Shown: positions 34,261 to 43,791 of the stretch, piece after piece
Layout: every line of letters begins with the position of its first letter
Numbering within the stretch: position 1 is the stretch's first letter
Source: an uncultured Acidobacteriota bacterium
Lineage (GTDB): Bacteria > Acidobacteriota > Terriglobia > Acidiferrales > UBA7541
Length of the DNA: 64,000 bases
Direction: 5' to 3'
Assembly (NCBI GenBank): GCA_963727945.1
Contig: CAVSIW010000043.1
Span: 21,124 to 85,123, forward strand
Program-made: the position numbers and the translations under genes
The notes under the pieces: model-generated
Told to the model about the DNA's origin: nothing
What the model saw: only the letters and a program-made list of their open reading frames with translations
Databases searched by the model: none

Positions 34261-35181
34261 ATGATTCATCATGGAAGGCACACATTCGCGCGCGTCGCGA
34301 AAATATGGATTGGAGCACTGGTCCTTGCCGGGGCAATCGCATTGTTTGGGGCGACAGGAGCTTACGCGCAGAGCAAACTCTCGCCGAAGTGGGAGGAATT
34401 GACGGCGGCTGATTTTCGCGCCGGCATTCAGCAATCCAAGGGAACGTGTTTGTTGCCGTTTGGCATTTTGGAAAAGCACGGGCCGCATTTGCCGCTCGGA
34501 ACGGATTTGCTGAACGTTCGGTACGCTTCGCTGCAAGCGGTGGCGCAGGAGTACGCCGTCGTTTTCCCGGAATATTATTTCGGACAAATCTTTGAAGCGA
34601 AGCACGAGCCGGGAACCGTGGCGTACAGCCTTGAGCTGCAATTGAAGCTGCTGCAGGAAACGACGGACGAGATGGCGCGTAACGGGTGCAAGAAAATCTT
34701 GATCGTGAACGGCCATGGGGGAAACGAACACCTGCTGCCTCTGTTCGGGCAGGCGCAAATGGACAAGCCGCACGACTACGTTGTGTACATTCTGGATGGG
34801 GAGAGAAGCAGTCCCGGCGGTCCAGCGAAGAAATCCACTGGGATTGACTATCATGCCGGAGAAAACGAAACGTCGAACACGATGGTTTCGCATCCTGATT
34901 TGGTGCATCTGGATCGCGCGGCAAGCGAATCGGGAGCAGACCAGAAGCGCGTGAACTTGCCGGAAGACGTGTACACGGGGATATGGTGGTACGCGCGATT
35001 TCCGAATCACTATTCGGGCGACGGATCCGTTGCGACCAAAGAGCTTGGTCAATGGAACATGAAGAACTGGATTGACGCGATTGTCGAAGCGCTGCGCGCG
35101 GCGAAGGCCGATGACCAGAGCCTGAAAATTCAGAATGAATTCTACGAGAAGAGCAAACATCCGCTCGACACCCGGCCTTGA
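34261..35181 (+). CDS. Creatininase / creatinine amidohydrolase family protein, signal peptide
   Basis: EKHGPHLPLGTD, NGHGGN and HAGENETS motifs. Confidence 0.9.
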   Translation: MIHHGRHTFARVAKIWIGALVLAGAIALFGATGAYAQSKLSPKWEELTAADFRAGIQQSKGTCLLPFGILEKHGPHLPLGTDLLNVRYASLQAVAQEYAVVFPEYYFGQIFEAKHEPGTVAYSLELQLKLLQETTDEMARNGCKKILIVNGHGGNEHLLPLFGQAQMDKPHDYVVYILDGERSSPGGPAKKSTGIDYHAGENETSNTMVSHPDLVHLDRAASESGADQKRVNLPEDVYTGIWWYARFPNHYSGDGSVATKELGQWNMKNWIDAIVEALRAAKADDQSLKIQNEFYEKSKHPLDTRP

Positions 35182-35251
35182 TTCGATGCGGGCTGGTGAC
35201 TCGCGAGGAGTGACTCGCGTCCCGAGAGCCGAGGCGCGAGGAGTGGGCAGG

Positions 35252-35380
35252 CCCCCTCCCCCCGGGGTTTTTTTGTAAGTGCGGATTCTAAAGGGCTTTA
35301 AGTCCTTTGTTTTGGAAGTGCGGATTCCAAAGGGGTTAGGGGCGTATTTTTCGTAAGTGCGGATTCTACAGGGGTTAGCG
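35252..35380. repeat. Three direct repeats of G(T/G)AAGTGCGGATTCYAMAGGGSTT with a 39-bp period, preceded by CCCCCTCCCCCCGGGG
   Basis: Copies start at 35275, 35314 and 35353; about 25-bp conserved core plus about 14-bp variable T-rich linker. Confidence 0.85.
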
Positions 35381-35684
35381 TGCAGGAAGGTTGGGGCGGC
35401 TGAAAGTTGGAAGGCTCGAAGGATCCGGAAGGACGAGGCGAAGGAGCGGGGAGATTCAGCGGGGATGGCGAGGCAAAGAACAGAGTGGCGTGGGCGAAAC
35501 ATGGGGAATGGTAGCAGGGGTGGTTACCAGTTGTCAATACAATTGTTAGTTTACTGGATGCTCATTCGAATCGGGAGGGCGGGTTCGAATGGGATGAACG
35601 GAAGTGGCGAGGTTTGAGGGAGTTGGGTGGGGAGTGATGGGTTTGCTACGGCTGTGGAAATGTGTGGAAAAGTCAAAAGCCAGA

Positions 35685-35720
35685 AAACGTCCCGTCTGTC
35701 CCCGAGTTTCCCCGAGTTTT
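35685..35720. repeat. REP-like element with tandem TCCCCGAGTTT
   Basis: AAACGTCCCGTCTGTCCCCGAGTTTCCCCGAGTTTT; the duplication is directly visible. Confidence 0.45.
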
Positions 35721-35725
35721 TCACA

Positions 35726-35795
35726 TATAGGAACCGCGCGGCGCTCTGCAGCGCCGGAGATTTTGTAAATCGCTGATTTTTTGGTGGTTCCTATA
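35726..35795. mobile_element. 70-bp MITE-like element bounded by TATAGGAACC / GGTTCCTATA, with an internal IHF consensus
   Basis: Perfect 10-bp terminal inverted repeat, internal hairpin CGGCGCT-ctgc-AGCGCCG, and minus-strand AATCAGCGATTTA (WATCARNNNNTTR) at 35766-35778. Confidence 0.4.
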
Positions 35796-35948
35796 CAGCA
35801 ACCAAAGTTGCTGTGCAGCACCCTTCTAGGGGTGACGTGTCTATCCCCCACCCGGCGTCGTAGACGCCGCTCTTCCAGCCGCTCCTCAGCCGCTCGGCGT
35901 TAACCGCCCTAACAGGCCCTCAGACCACCTCAGAAAAGCCCACGAAAC

Positions 35949-36374
35949 TCATATCCCTACATCTATCGCGCGAACCACATCCAAGAGACATACTCCTGCG
36001 ACGAGAACCGCTGCGATAATGAAGGACCGGCGCATCGGACTCCGGCGGAAGGCAAGAAAGACTCCTGAGGCTGCTCCAACCGCAAAATTTAGATAGATAA
36101 CCGCGAGGCCAGCTCTGGAGAAAAGAATCTTGCCCGACAGAGCCTCCGAGTGCAATGACAGAACATCTCCTACGAAGAGGGCTAGGTAGGTGACTGTTAG
36201 CAGGGAAAAAAACATGATACTTGGCCGATCAACCTGCGTTCCCGCTCTGCGCACTTTCCGAAGGAGGCTCCAGCCGAGAGCGATGGCTGCCGACGGTAGT
36301 ACGTGAATTCCAAGGTCCACGACATTTTCCAGGCTTAACAGAGGGATGGTCATTTGGCTGATCAGCTCCGTCAA
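35949..36374 (-). CDS. Hypothetical 4-TM membrane protein, putative Rhs immunity protein
   Basis: Four hydrophobic segments; directly downstream of and co-oriented with the Rhs C-terminus; atypical composition; start codon uncertain. Confidence 0.55.
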   Translation of the reverse strand: MTELISQMTIPLLSLENVVDLGIHVLPSAAIALGWSLLRKVRRAGTQVDRPSIMFFSLLTVTYLALFVGDVLSLHSEALSGKILFSRAGLAVIYLNFAVGAASGVFLAFRRSPMRRSFIIAAVLVAGVCLLDVVRAIDVGI

Positions 36375-36436
36375 ATCAGGTCAGGACAGCAATAGAGTCT
36401 TCAGAAAGAACTCGCGTTGGTGAATTTGACCTAGTT

Positions 36437-37974
36437 TCACTTGTAATCCCAAGGGTTCTTACCGATTCCCGGTGGTGGCCAGGGATCGGACTTGTGTGGC
36501 AACGGTACGTCTTTCCCCCAGGCACAAGCTGGCAAGCTGAAGTCAATCCCAGCCGTTCTCAACAGATCGCCAGGTACGCTGTTACTTGTTCCGTTAAGAC
36601 CGTAGATCATCCAAGGAAGATCATCGAATGCCTTATTGAGCCGATTTTCGTCGCATTTCGAGGCTGGGATCTTGTTGCAAAAAGTACCAGGCTGCTTTTT
36701 TCTTACCAATATCATCATCGGGATCATCCCGTTTCGGATGCAGGAATGGCGGCGGCTTGAAGTAGCCCCCTAATGTGTGGCCATCAGACAGAAGCAGGAA
36801 GCAATGGCAGGCGATTCCATGAACCGACTGTGCGGGGCGGCAACATGCCTGCAACAACCCGTATGCGGTCGGTAAAATTGAGCGGGTTATTTCCAGTATA
36901 GCGATAGAAATTCTCACCTCCACTAAAACGAATCAGTTAGTCGTTCAGGAACCTGCCTGCATTCGGATCGAAGTAGCGGGTCCTGTAAAAGTAAAGACCC
37001 GTTTCGGAATCGAATTCGCGGCCCGCGTATTGAAACGAATTCACAAGTCTGCCAGTCGGCGTCGTCTTGCCGAACGAGTCGAAGCTGTACGTTTGGGCCA
37101 GCGCTCCCGCGGCGTTGCTGAGCGACGTGATCGAGCCGAGGCCGTCGGCCTGGTAGTAGCTGGTCGTTGAACTGCGGAGCATCGCCAGTGGTTCATCAAT
37201 GTTTTCGGCCTTGCGAGTAACGGGCGACCACCGCGCCTGCTGCCGTTCGTTTCCTCGATCAGGTTGTCCCCGTCATAGGCGTAGATCGCAAGTGCCGGCC
37301 GAAGAGGATTTGTAGATTCTTCGTTCCGAAGGGATCGTACTTGAAGGTGACGGTCCCGCCGCTACCCGGGCAGCGTAACGCTGGTCAGGCGGTTCTCGAA
37401 GTCCCACGCGTAGCTCGTGGTGTTCGACCCGACTACCTTGGTCAGCGTGTTGCCGTTGTTGTCGTAGGTATAGGTCGTGCTTGGCGTCGAGGTCAGTTCG
37501 TTCGACACGTTTACGTCGTACGGCGACACGCCCAGCGACGACAGCCGGTTGCCCACCGGGTCGAACGTGTAGCTCTCCGTGGTGGTGGTCCCTTGTGTCA
37601 CGCCCGTCAACTCGTAGATCGCATCATAGGCATAGTTCGATGTCACGCCCGCCAGTTCATCGGTCTTTGGCCGTGCGATTCCCGGCATTGTCCACCGTGT
37701 ATGCGGCTCCATCAATAGTACTCCCGGACAGTTGGTGCAGCACCGAGGTCAGCCGCGACAGATTGTCGTACGCATACAGCGTGCTCACCGAGTTCGGCCG
37801 CGTCATCTGCGTGCGCCGCGACAGTGCATCGTAGCTGAACCCAAAGTTGCCGCTGGTAAACGCCGAAGGCGGCGTCAGCGTCTGCAAGCGATTCAGCGTG
37901 TCGTAGACATAGGCCGTCGAGCCGCTCTCTGGATCGGTGAATCCTGTGCGGTTCGAGGCTTTGTCGTACGCATA
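36437..37974 (-). pseudogene. 5'-truncated Rhs/YD-repeat protein with core and variable C-terminal toxin domain; several frameshifts and an in-frame TAA
   Basis: YD repeats (YDKASNR, YDALSRR, YDNLSRL, FDPVGNR, YDNNGN, WDFENRL), core DGLGSI...FQYAGREFDSETGLYFYRTRYFDPNAGRFL, then NFYRYTGNNPLNFTD(P)YGL; no start codon upstream in frame. Confidence 0.85.
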
Positions 37975-38025
37975 TTCTGCGTTATAGCGGTAACAGTGTG
38001 GTAACGAGCGAGGAAGCGCAGTGTT

Positions 38026-38385
38026 TCAGCGGGTGCGGCGGAGTTGATCGAGCCAGCGGGTGAGAACTGAGTTGGAGGAGGATTCGACATCAATGAACTC
38101 GAGGCCCATGCCGATGCGGGGCTTCACGATGCGGACGGTGGCGAGGGCTTCAACGATTTCGCCTTTGCGCCGCAGCGTGACACGAGCGCGGGATTTGACG
38201 GCGAGGGGCTTGCTGGTGCAGACGAAGCAGCCGCCAAGGGAAAGGTCCGAGGTAATGCCTTCGGAGCGGGAGCCGGATTCGAGGTCGAGGACTTCCGCGT
38301 CGGCGGCAAAAGGATAGCGAATGGCATAACGGCGGTCGCGGAGGCTAACTTTGTGCGACACACCATCGGCGGTTCGGTCGTTCAT
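38026..38385 (-). CDS. Single PilZ domain protein
   Basis: RxxxR (RRYAIRY) and D-x-S-x-x-G (DLSLGG), GMGLEF. Confidence 0.88.
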   Translation of the reverse strand: MNDRTADGVSHKVSLRDRRYAIRYPFAADAEVLDLESGSRSEGITSDLSLGGCFVCTSKPLAVKSRARVTLRRKGEIVEALATVRIVKPRIGMGLEFIDVESSSNSVLTRWLDQLRRTR

Positions 38386-38673
38386 GGTGATAACGTTGCC
38401 CACTGTCCATTAGGCCGGGGAAGACGAGTCAGGGTGATCCCGAAGAGCGTTCCCCTCTCGGCAATTAAGTGTGCCAGAGAAGGCGAGAGGAGGGTGGAAT
38501 TGCGAGGGTAGGAAGGACGAAAAAGGCAACAGGGCGGGGCGGTTTGCGGGACCTGCGTGGATTATGAGCGGAGAGTTGAAGAGCGAAAGCTATTAGTTGG
38601 TACGACAAAGTGAAGTGATGCTGGGGCGAACGCCTGGGATGGGAATGTTAATCTGGAGTGGCAGAATTCCTTC

Positions 38674-39531
38674 ATGTTAAACGAAACGATGCGAAGCGAC
38701 GGACTTCGGCAGAGCGACCGCGTCAGTTTCCGGATGCCGGTGGAGGCATCGTGGACCACGAGCACGGGTCCGTCCGCAAAGCACATCGCGGAGACGCTGC
38801 TGGTGAGCCGCAATGGAGGCGTGCTGCGGCTGAATGAGAAACTGACAGTGGGACAAGAGATTACGCTGCGACGGATGGAAGGCGATTTGGTGAAGACGGC
38901 GCGGGCGCGCGTGGTGGCGGAAATTGATCAGGAACCGGACGGATTTTTGTACGCGATTCACATCACGGAGCCGAGGGCGGACTTCTGGGATATTGACTTC
39001 CCTGCTCCGCACAAAGCGGACGAGGCGCTGGCGAGACTGTTGATGGAGTGCGGTTTTTGCCAGAGGCGCGAAGTGGTTTATTTGAACGAATTGGAGCTGA
39101 AATCGTTCGAAGTGCGTAAATGCGTGGCGAGGCTTTGCAAGCATTGCGACACTCCGGCGATCTGGATCGAGGCGCAGTCAGAAATCAAGACGCCGGAGCC
39201 AGGGGCGGCACATCCGCAGCCAGTGGAAGAGCGCGTGATTCCGCGGCGGAACCGGACGCGAGTGAAAGCGCGTGTGCTGGCGTGCATCCGGAGGCGCGGA
39301 TTTCAGGAAGAAGTGGCGGTTTGCGAGGATTTGTCAAAAGGCGGGCTGAGTTTTCGCAGCCGGAACGAATATGCGGAGGGATCGCGGCTCGAAGTGGCGG
39401 TGCCATTTACGCCAGGGAGCAGCGCGATATTTGTTCCGATACGGATTGTATTTTCGCAGGCGATTCCTGCGGCGGGATTGTACCGGCACGGAGCGGCGTA
39501 TATTCGGCCGCCAAGCGATTCCGCGGATTGA
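38674..39531 (+). CDS. Tandem PilZ-like domain protein with a central CxxC...CxxC zinc ribbon
   Basis: RQSDR...VSRNGG; CGFC-x-CKHC; RNRTR...DLSKGG. Confidence 0.8.
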   Translation: MLNETMRSDGLRQSDRVSFRMPVEASWTTSTGPSAKHIAETLLVSRNGGVLRLNEKLTVGQEITLRRMEGDLVKTARARVVAEIDQEPDGFLYAIHITEPRADFWDIDFPAPHKADEALARLLMECGFCQRREVVYLNELELKSFEVRKCVARLCKHCDTPAIWIEAQSEIKTPEPGAAHPQPVEERVIPRRNRTRVKARVLACIRRRGFQEEVAVCEDLSKGGLSFRSRNEYAEGSRLEVAVPFTPGSSAIFVPIRIVFSQAIPAAGLYRHGAAYIRPPSDSAD

Positions 39532-39582
39532 AGCAGTTGTTTCGCGCCTGTTCAGAAAACCAAGAAAACAAATTCCTGCGAA

Positions 39583-40087
39583 CTAGTCCATTACAGAGGC
39601 GATGTCGCGTTCGTGGCGGCGCCGATGCAGATAGTGCATGGCGATGTTGAGATAGGCCTGGCCGCAGGGAGTTTCGATGGCGATGACCATCGCTTCGGTG
39701 TCGGCGCTGCCTGACAAGCCCTCTTCATTCATGTGAATTTCCGGCGGAAACACTTTGAAGCGGAAGCCCTGATCGTTGAGAAGAGTGACGGAATTGCCGA
39801 TGACCATGTTTGCGAGTTCGCAGACGGTTTCGCGGACGACTTGATCGCTGCTTGGCAACTTCCGAACCGGCGAGATGGCTGGCGACTTTCATGGCGACTT
39901 CGGGCGAGAGATCGAGAATGACGCGGCCTTCAATGTCGCCTTTGATGGCGATGAGAGCGGCGACGCCTTTGCGGCGATAGGTATTTTCGTCCATCGAGAG
40001 GTCGAGAATTTTGGTGGGCGCCTGAAGAGATTCGGCGAAGACGGCGTCGGCGGCATTGATGAATGGCTGAATGAGTTCCATTCTCAT
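39583..40087 (-). CDS. cheX: CheX-family chemotaxis phosphatase; frameshift near 39855
   Basis: ELIQPFINA, I..KGDIEGRVIL, catalytic ExxN (ELANMVIGN), F..FPP. Confidence 0.85.
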
Positions 40088-40536
40088 GAGCGGTGCTCTC
40101 CTGCGAAGGCGACAGGCGCGCCGACGGCGTTGGGATCGTCACTGAGAACGTAGCGAAGAATTTCGTAAAGTACTTCGGGCTTGACGGGTTTTTGCACGAA
40201 GTGCTTCGCGCCCTTCTGCAGCGCTGCCAGGATATTTTCCTGGTAACCTACCGAGGAGACCATGACGATGCGCGCCTCGGCGTGCTGGCGAACGATGCGC
40301 TCGACGGCCTCGATGCCTTCCATCTGCGGCATGGTGATGTCCATGAGCACGATGTCGGGCTTGGTGCGGTTGAACTCGGCGATGGCGGTGAGGCCGTCGC
40401 CCGCTTCACCGGCGACTTCGCCGCCGAACATCTCAATCATCTTGATGATGTTCTTGCGGGCGAAGACGGAGTCGTCCACCACGAGGTAGCGAACGGGTTG
40501 ATTGTCTTTCCGTAGCAGAGCGGCAAATTGTTGCAT
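40084..40536 (-). CDS. cheY: CheY-like response regulator
   Basis: VVDDS, DIVLMDITMPQMEG, VSS, KP; located in a che operon. Confidence 0.85.
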   Translation of the reverse strand: MQQFAALLRKDNQPVRYLVVDDSVFARKNIIKMIEMFGGEVAGEAGDGLTAIAEFNRTKPDIVLMDITMPQMEGIEAVERIVRQHAEARIVMVSSVGYQENILAALQKGAKHFVQKPVKPEVLYEILRYVLSDDPNAVGAPVAFAGEHRS

Positions 40537-40562
40537 GGCCTTCTCCTTCTCCCGGCACGGTG

Positions 40563-41697
40563 TTAAGTGCGATGGGAAGAAACGGGTGTCCTTTCCGATT
40601 TCTCGTTCTTATCGTTCTTGTCGAATTTTTCTGAGCTGGAGCGATCGCCACCGTAATTTTGAATCAGGTGGGCGGCCATACCGTCCAGCGGAATCACTTT
40701 GGTGGCGTAGCCTTTGGAAATGGCGGCGCGGGGCATGCCGCTGACGACGCAAGTGTCTTCGCTCTGCGCGATGGTCATGCCGCCGGCAGCTTTGAGAGCG
40801 CCAAGACCTTCGGCGCCGTCTTCACCCATGCCGGTCATCAAAAGGCCGACGGCGGTGAGGCCAAATTGCTGCGCGACGGAATGGAAGAGAACGTCGGCCG
40901 ATGGGCGGTGACCATTGACCGGAGGACCGTCGGATAGAACGGCCATGTCACCGCGAGGCATGCGGCGAACCATGATGTGACGATTGCCGGGACAAATGAG
41001 GACGCGGCCGGCAACGAGCAAATCGCCCGAGCGCGCTTCATGGACTTCGAGAGCGCAGCATTCATCGAGGCGCTTGGCGAACATTTCCGTAAAGCCTTCC
41101 GGCATGTGCTGGACAATGAGAATGCAGGCCGGAAAATCGCCAGGAATCTGCGAGAGAACGTATTGGAGTGCGTTCGGGCCGCCGGTGGAAATGCCGATGG
41201 CGACGATGCGATTTGGAGGAAGCGCAGAGCGGCTTTTCTTTTTTCCCTTGGGAGGATCATCGGAAACGACGGCAGCCGGAAGTTTGTGGCCCGCGGCGCG
41301 CTTGGCGACTTTAATTTTTTCGATCAACTGATCGGCGATGGAATCGAGATGGCCGGCGGCGGCGTCCTGCGGCTTCTGGAACGAAATCGATGGCGCCGAG
41401 CGCTAGGGCTTTGAGAGTGGCGTAGCCGCCCTCCTTGGAATGGGTGCTGAAAAGAACGACGGGCATCGGAGCGCGCCGCATGATCAGACGAAGCGTTTCC
41501 ATGCCGTCCATGCGAGGCATTTCGAGATCGAGCGTGACGACGTCGGGACGCAGCTCTTCGATTTTTTTGAGCGCGAAAGCGCCGTCCATGGCCGTGCCGA
41601 CGACTTCAATGGAAGGATCGCGCGCGAGGATACCCGGAATGAGTTTCCGCATGAGTGCGGAATCGTCCACGACGAGAACGCGGATGCGGTCGCTCAT
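40563..41697 (-). CDS. cheB: Chemotaxis protein-glutamate methylesterase (REC + CheB); frameshift near 41378
   Basis: VLVVDDSALMR, TLDLEMP; GISTGGP, VQHMP, HRPSAD, TGMGEDGA, GMP. Confidence 0.9.
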
Positions 41698-43791
41698 GCG
41701 ATCGCTCCCAGAGGTACAGAACGAGAAAGGCGCGAGAGAACGGCAGGTATGTTAAGAATGAGGACGACGGTGCCATCGCCAAGAATGGAGGCGCCACTCA
41801 CCAGGTCGCTCGAGATGATGTCGCTCGGCAGCGCCTTGATGACGAGTTCTTCTTCGCCGACCATGCTGTCCACAACGAGGCCGAAGCGTTTTTCCGCAGA
41901 GCCAATGACAATGACAAAGTTCTTTTTCTTTTTGGGTTCGGATTCGATGGCGCGAAGGCGGCTGAGATGCTCGAGACGGACGAGAGTAAGAATTTGGTCG
42001 CGCAGGCGGAGCACTTCCCGCTGATCCACGCGGTGGATTTCCTGTTCATGGATGCGCGATATCTCGACGACGGAAGAGAGTGGGACCGCAAAGAGGCGGC
42101 CACCCACACGGAAAAGCAGCGTCTGAATGCTGGCGAGAGTAAGCGGCGCGCGGAGTTGAAAAGTAGTGCCGCGCGATTTTTGCGTGGAGATTTGAACGGT
42201 GCCCTTTCAATCTGTCGAGAACGCTGCGGACCACGTCCATGCCCACGCCGCGGCCAGAAACTTCCGTGACTTCGGTGGCGGTGCTGAACCCTGATTCGAA
42301 AATAAGATTGAGCGCTTCCTGATCGGTGAGGCGTGCCGCTTCTTCGGGCTTGATGATTCCCCGCTTTACGGCTTGCTGGCGGACATGCGCAGAATCAATG
42401 CCCCGCCCGTCGTCACGGACTTCGATGACGACCTGCGTGCCTTGATGATAGGCGTTGAGATAGACGGTGCCGCGCGCGGGTTTGCCGGCGGTGAGCCGCT
42501 CATCGGCGGGCTCGATGCCGTGGTCAACGGCGTTGCGCACGAGGTGCATTAGCGGTTCGCCGAGAGCGTCGAGAATGCTCTTGTCGAGATCGGTGTTCTG
42601 GCCGGCGACGTCGAGTGCCACATCTTTGCCGCACTGCTTGGCGACATCGCGAACGACGCGCGGAAAGCGGCGGAAGAGCTGCTCAACAGGAACCATGCGA
42701 ATTTTTAGGACGCACTTGTGAAGTTCGTCGAGGACGCGGGACTGAAACCCTAGCGCGTCGGCAAGCTTTGCGCGGACGGGATCTCGCGCGTGGCGCTGGT
42801 CAAATTCTGCAAACGCGCGATTGAGCATGGACTTGCCGATGATCAATTCACCGACAAGGTTCATGACGGCATCAATGCGACTCGCATCCACACGCAGAGA
42901 ACTCTCGGCAACCGCGGCAATCGCCGAACCTGCGGCGCCGGATTTGGCCGGTTCGCCGGTATCGCCATTCTCGGCGGCGGTCGCCACAAACTTGGCAGCT
43001 TGGGCCTCCAAGAGGTCGCCAAGAAGTTCATGTTCCGGCGTTTCGGCAGTGGCGGCGCGATCAACGCGTACTTCGGAAACGATGGAAGGAATACGGCAGC
43101 GTTGCCTTATGGCGTCTTCGGATTGGACACTTGCAAGAGCAGCTTCGACGGTTTCCACGTTGGCAGCGGCGAGATTGTCTTCGGGGCGGAGAGCGATCAA
43201 CGTTCCGCAGCCGTGAAGCACGTTTCGAATGAGCTGAAAAGCCGCGGCGCGCATGAGGCTGTTCGGGTCAATCCGGAGCGCGACGTTGTAGACGGATTCG
43301 CCGCGGTGAACGGCTTCGGAGATCATCAGCCGCTCGTATTCCGTCCACGCGAAATTAGCGGGCACGGCCGCCGAGGATTGAGGAGTTTCGGCAGGCGCGG
43401 CCACATCCACCAGGAGGCCGCGGATCAAACCGTGGAGCGTCTCGAGAGACGGGAGCTTCTTGCCGCGCTGGTAGGCGGAAAGCATGGCTTCGAAAGCATC
43501 CGCAGCGGCGAGGACGACTTCGGCGAAGCGAGTGCCATGTTTCTGCCCGACTTGGGGCGTTAGGATATCTTCGAGTTCGTGCGCGAGCTCGCTTAACTTT
43601 TGAAAGCCACATGCGGCGGAATCGCCCTTGAGCGTGTGCACGGCGCGGCGAACGAGGCGGATGACCTCTTCGTCCGCGGGATGCGCCTCGAGTTGAAGCC
43701 CCGCTTCGTTGAGCGATTGCAGCAGCTCATTCGCGCTTTCAAAAAAGATAGCGCGAAGCTCCGGGTTGCGATCTTCGGGAGGCCTGCTCAA
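41694..43791 (-). CDS. cheA: Chemotaxis histidine kinase CheA; frameshift near 42203
   Basis: Hpt HTLKGDS, LMHLVRNAVDHGIE, DDGRG, GFST...SGRGVGMDVV; CheW domain GASILGDG in the adjacent frame. Confidence 0.9.

Noticed and set aside
35275-35380. Possible mini CRISPR array
   Set aside because: There are only three units, the linkers are ~14 nt and similar in composition, the repeats are degenerate, and no cas genes are present.
34150-35400. Chromosomal oriC or dif at the skew switch
   Set aside because: No dnaA, dnaN, gidA or parAB genes, no DnaA-box cluster and no XerC/D dif consensus were seen; kept only as an unexplained skew observation.
34189-35502. 437-aa minus-strand ORF with repeated RIRTY motifs
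   Set aside because: It is antisense to the creatininase gene; the peptide repeats are just the translated 39-bp DNA repeat.
35726-35796. Resemblance of TATAGGAAC / GTTCCTATAC to the yeast FRT site, or of TGGTGG to a tRNA 3' end (att site)
   Set aside because: Arm order and 50-bp spacing do not fit FRT; there is no tRNA cloverleaf, T-loop or integrase nearby.
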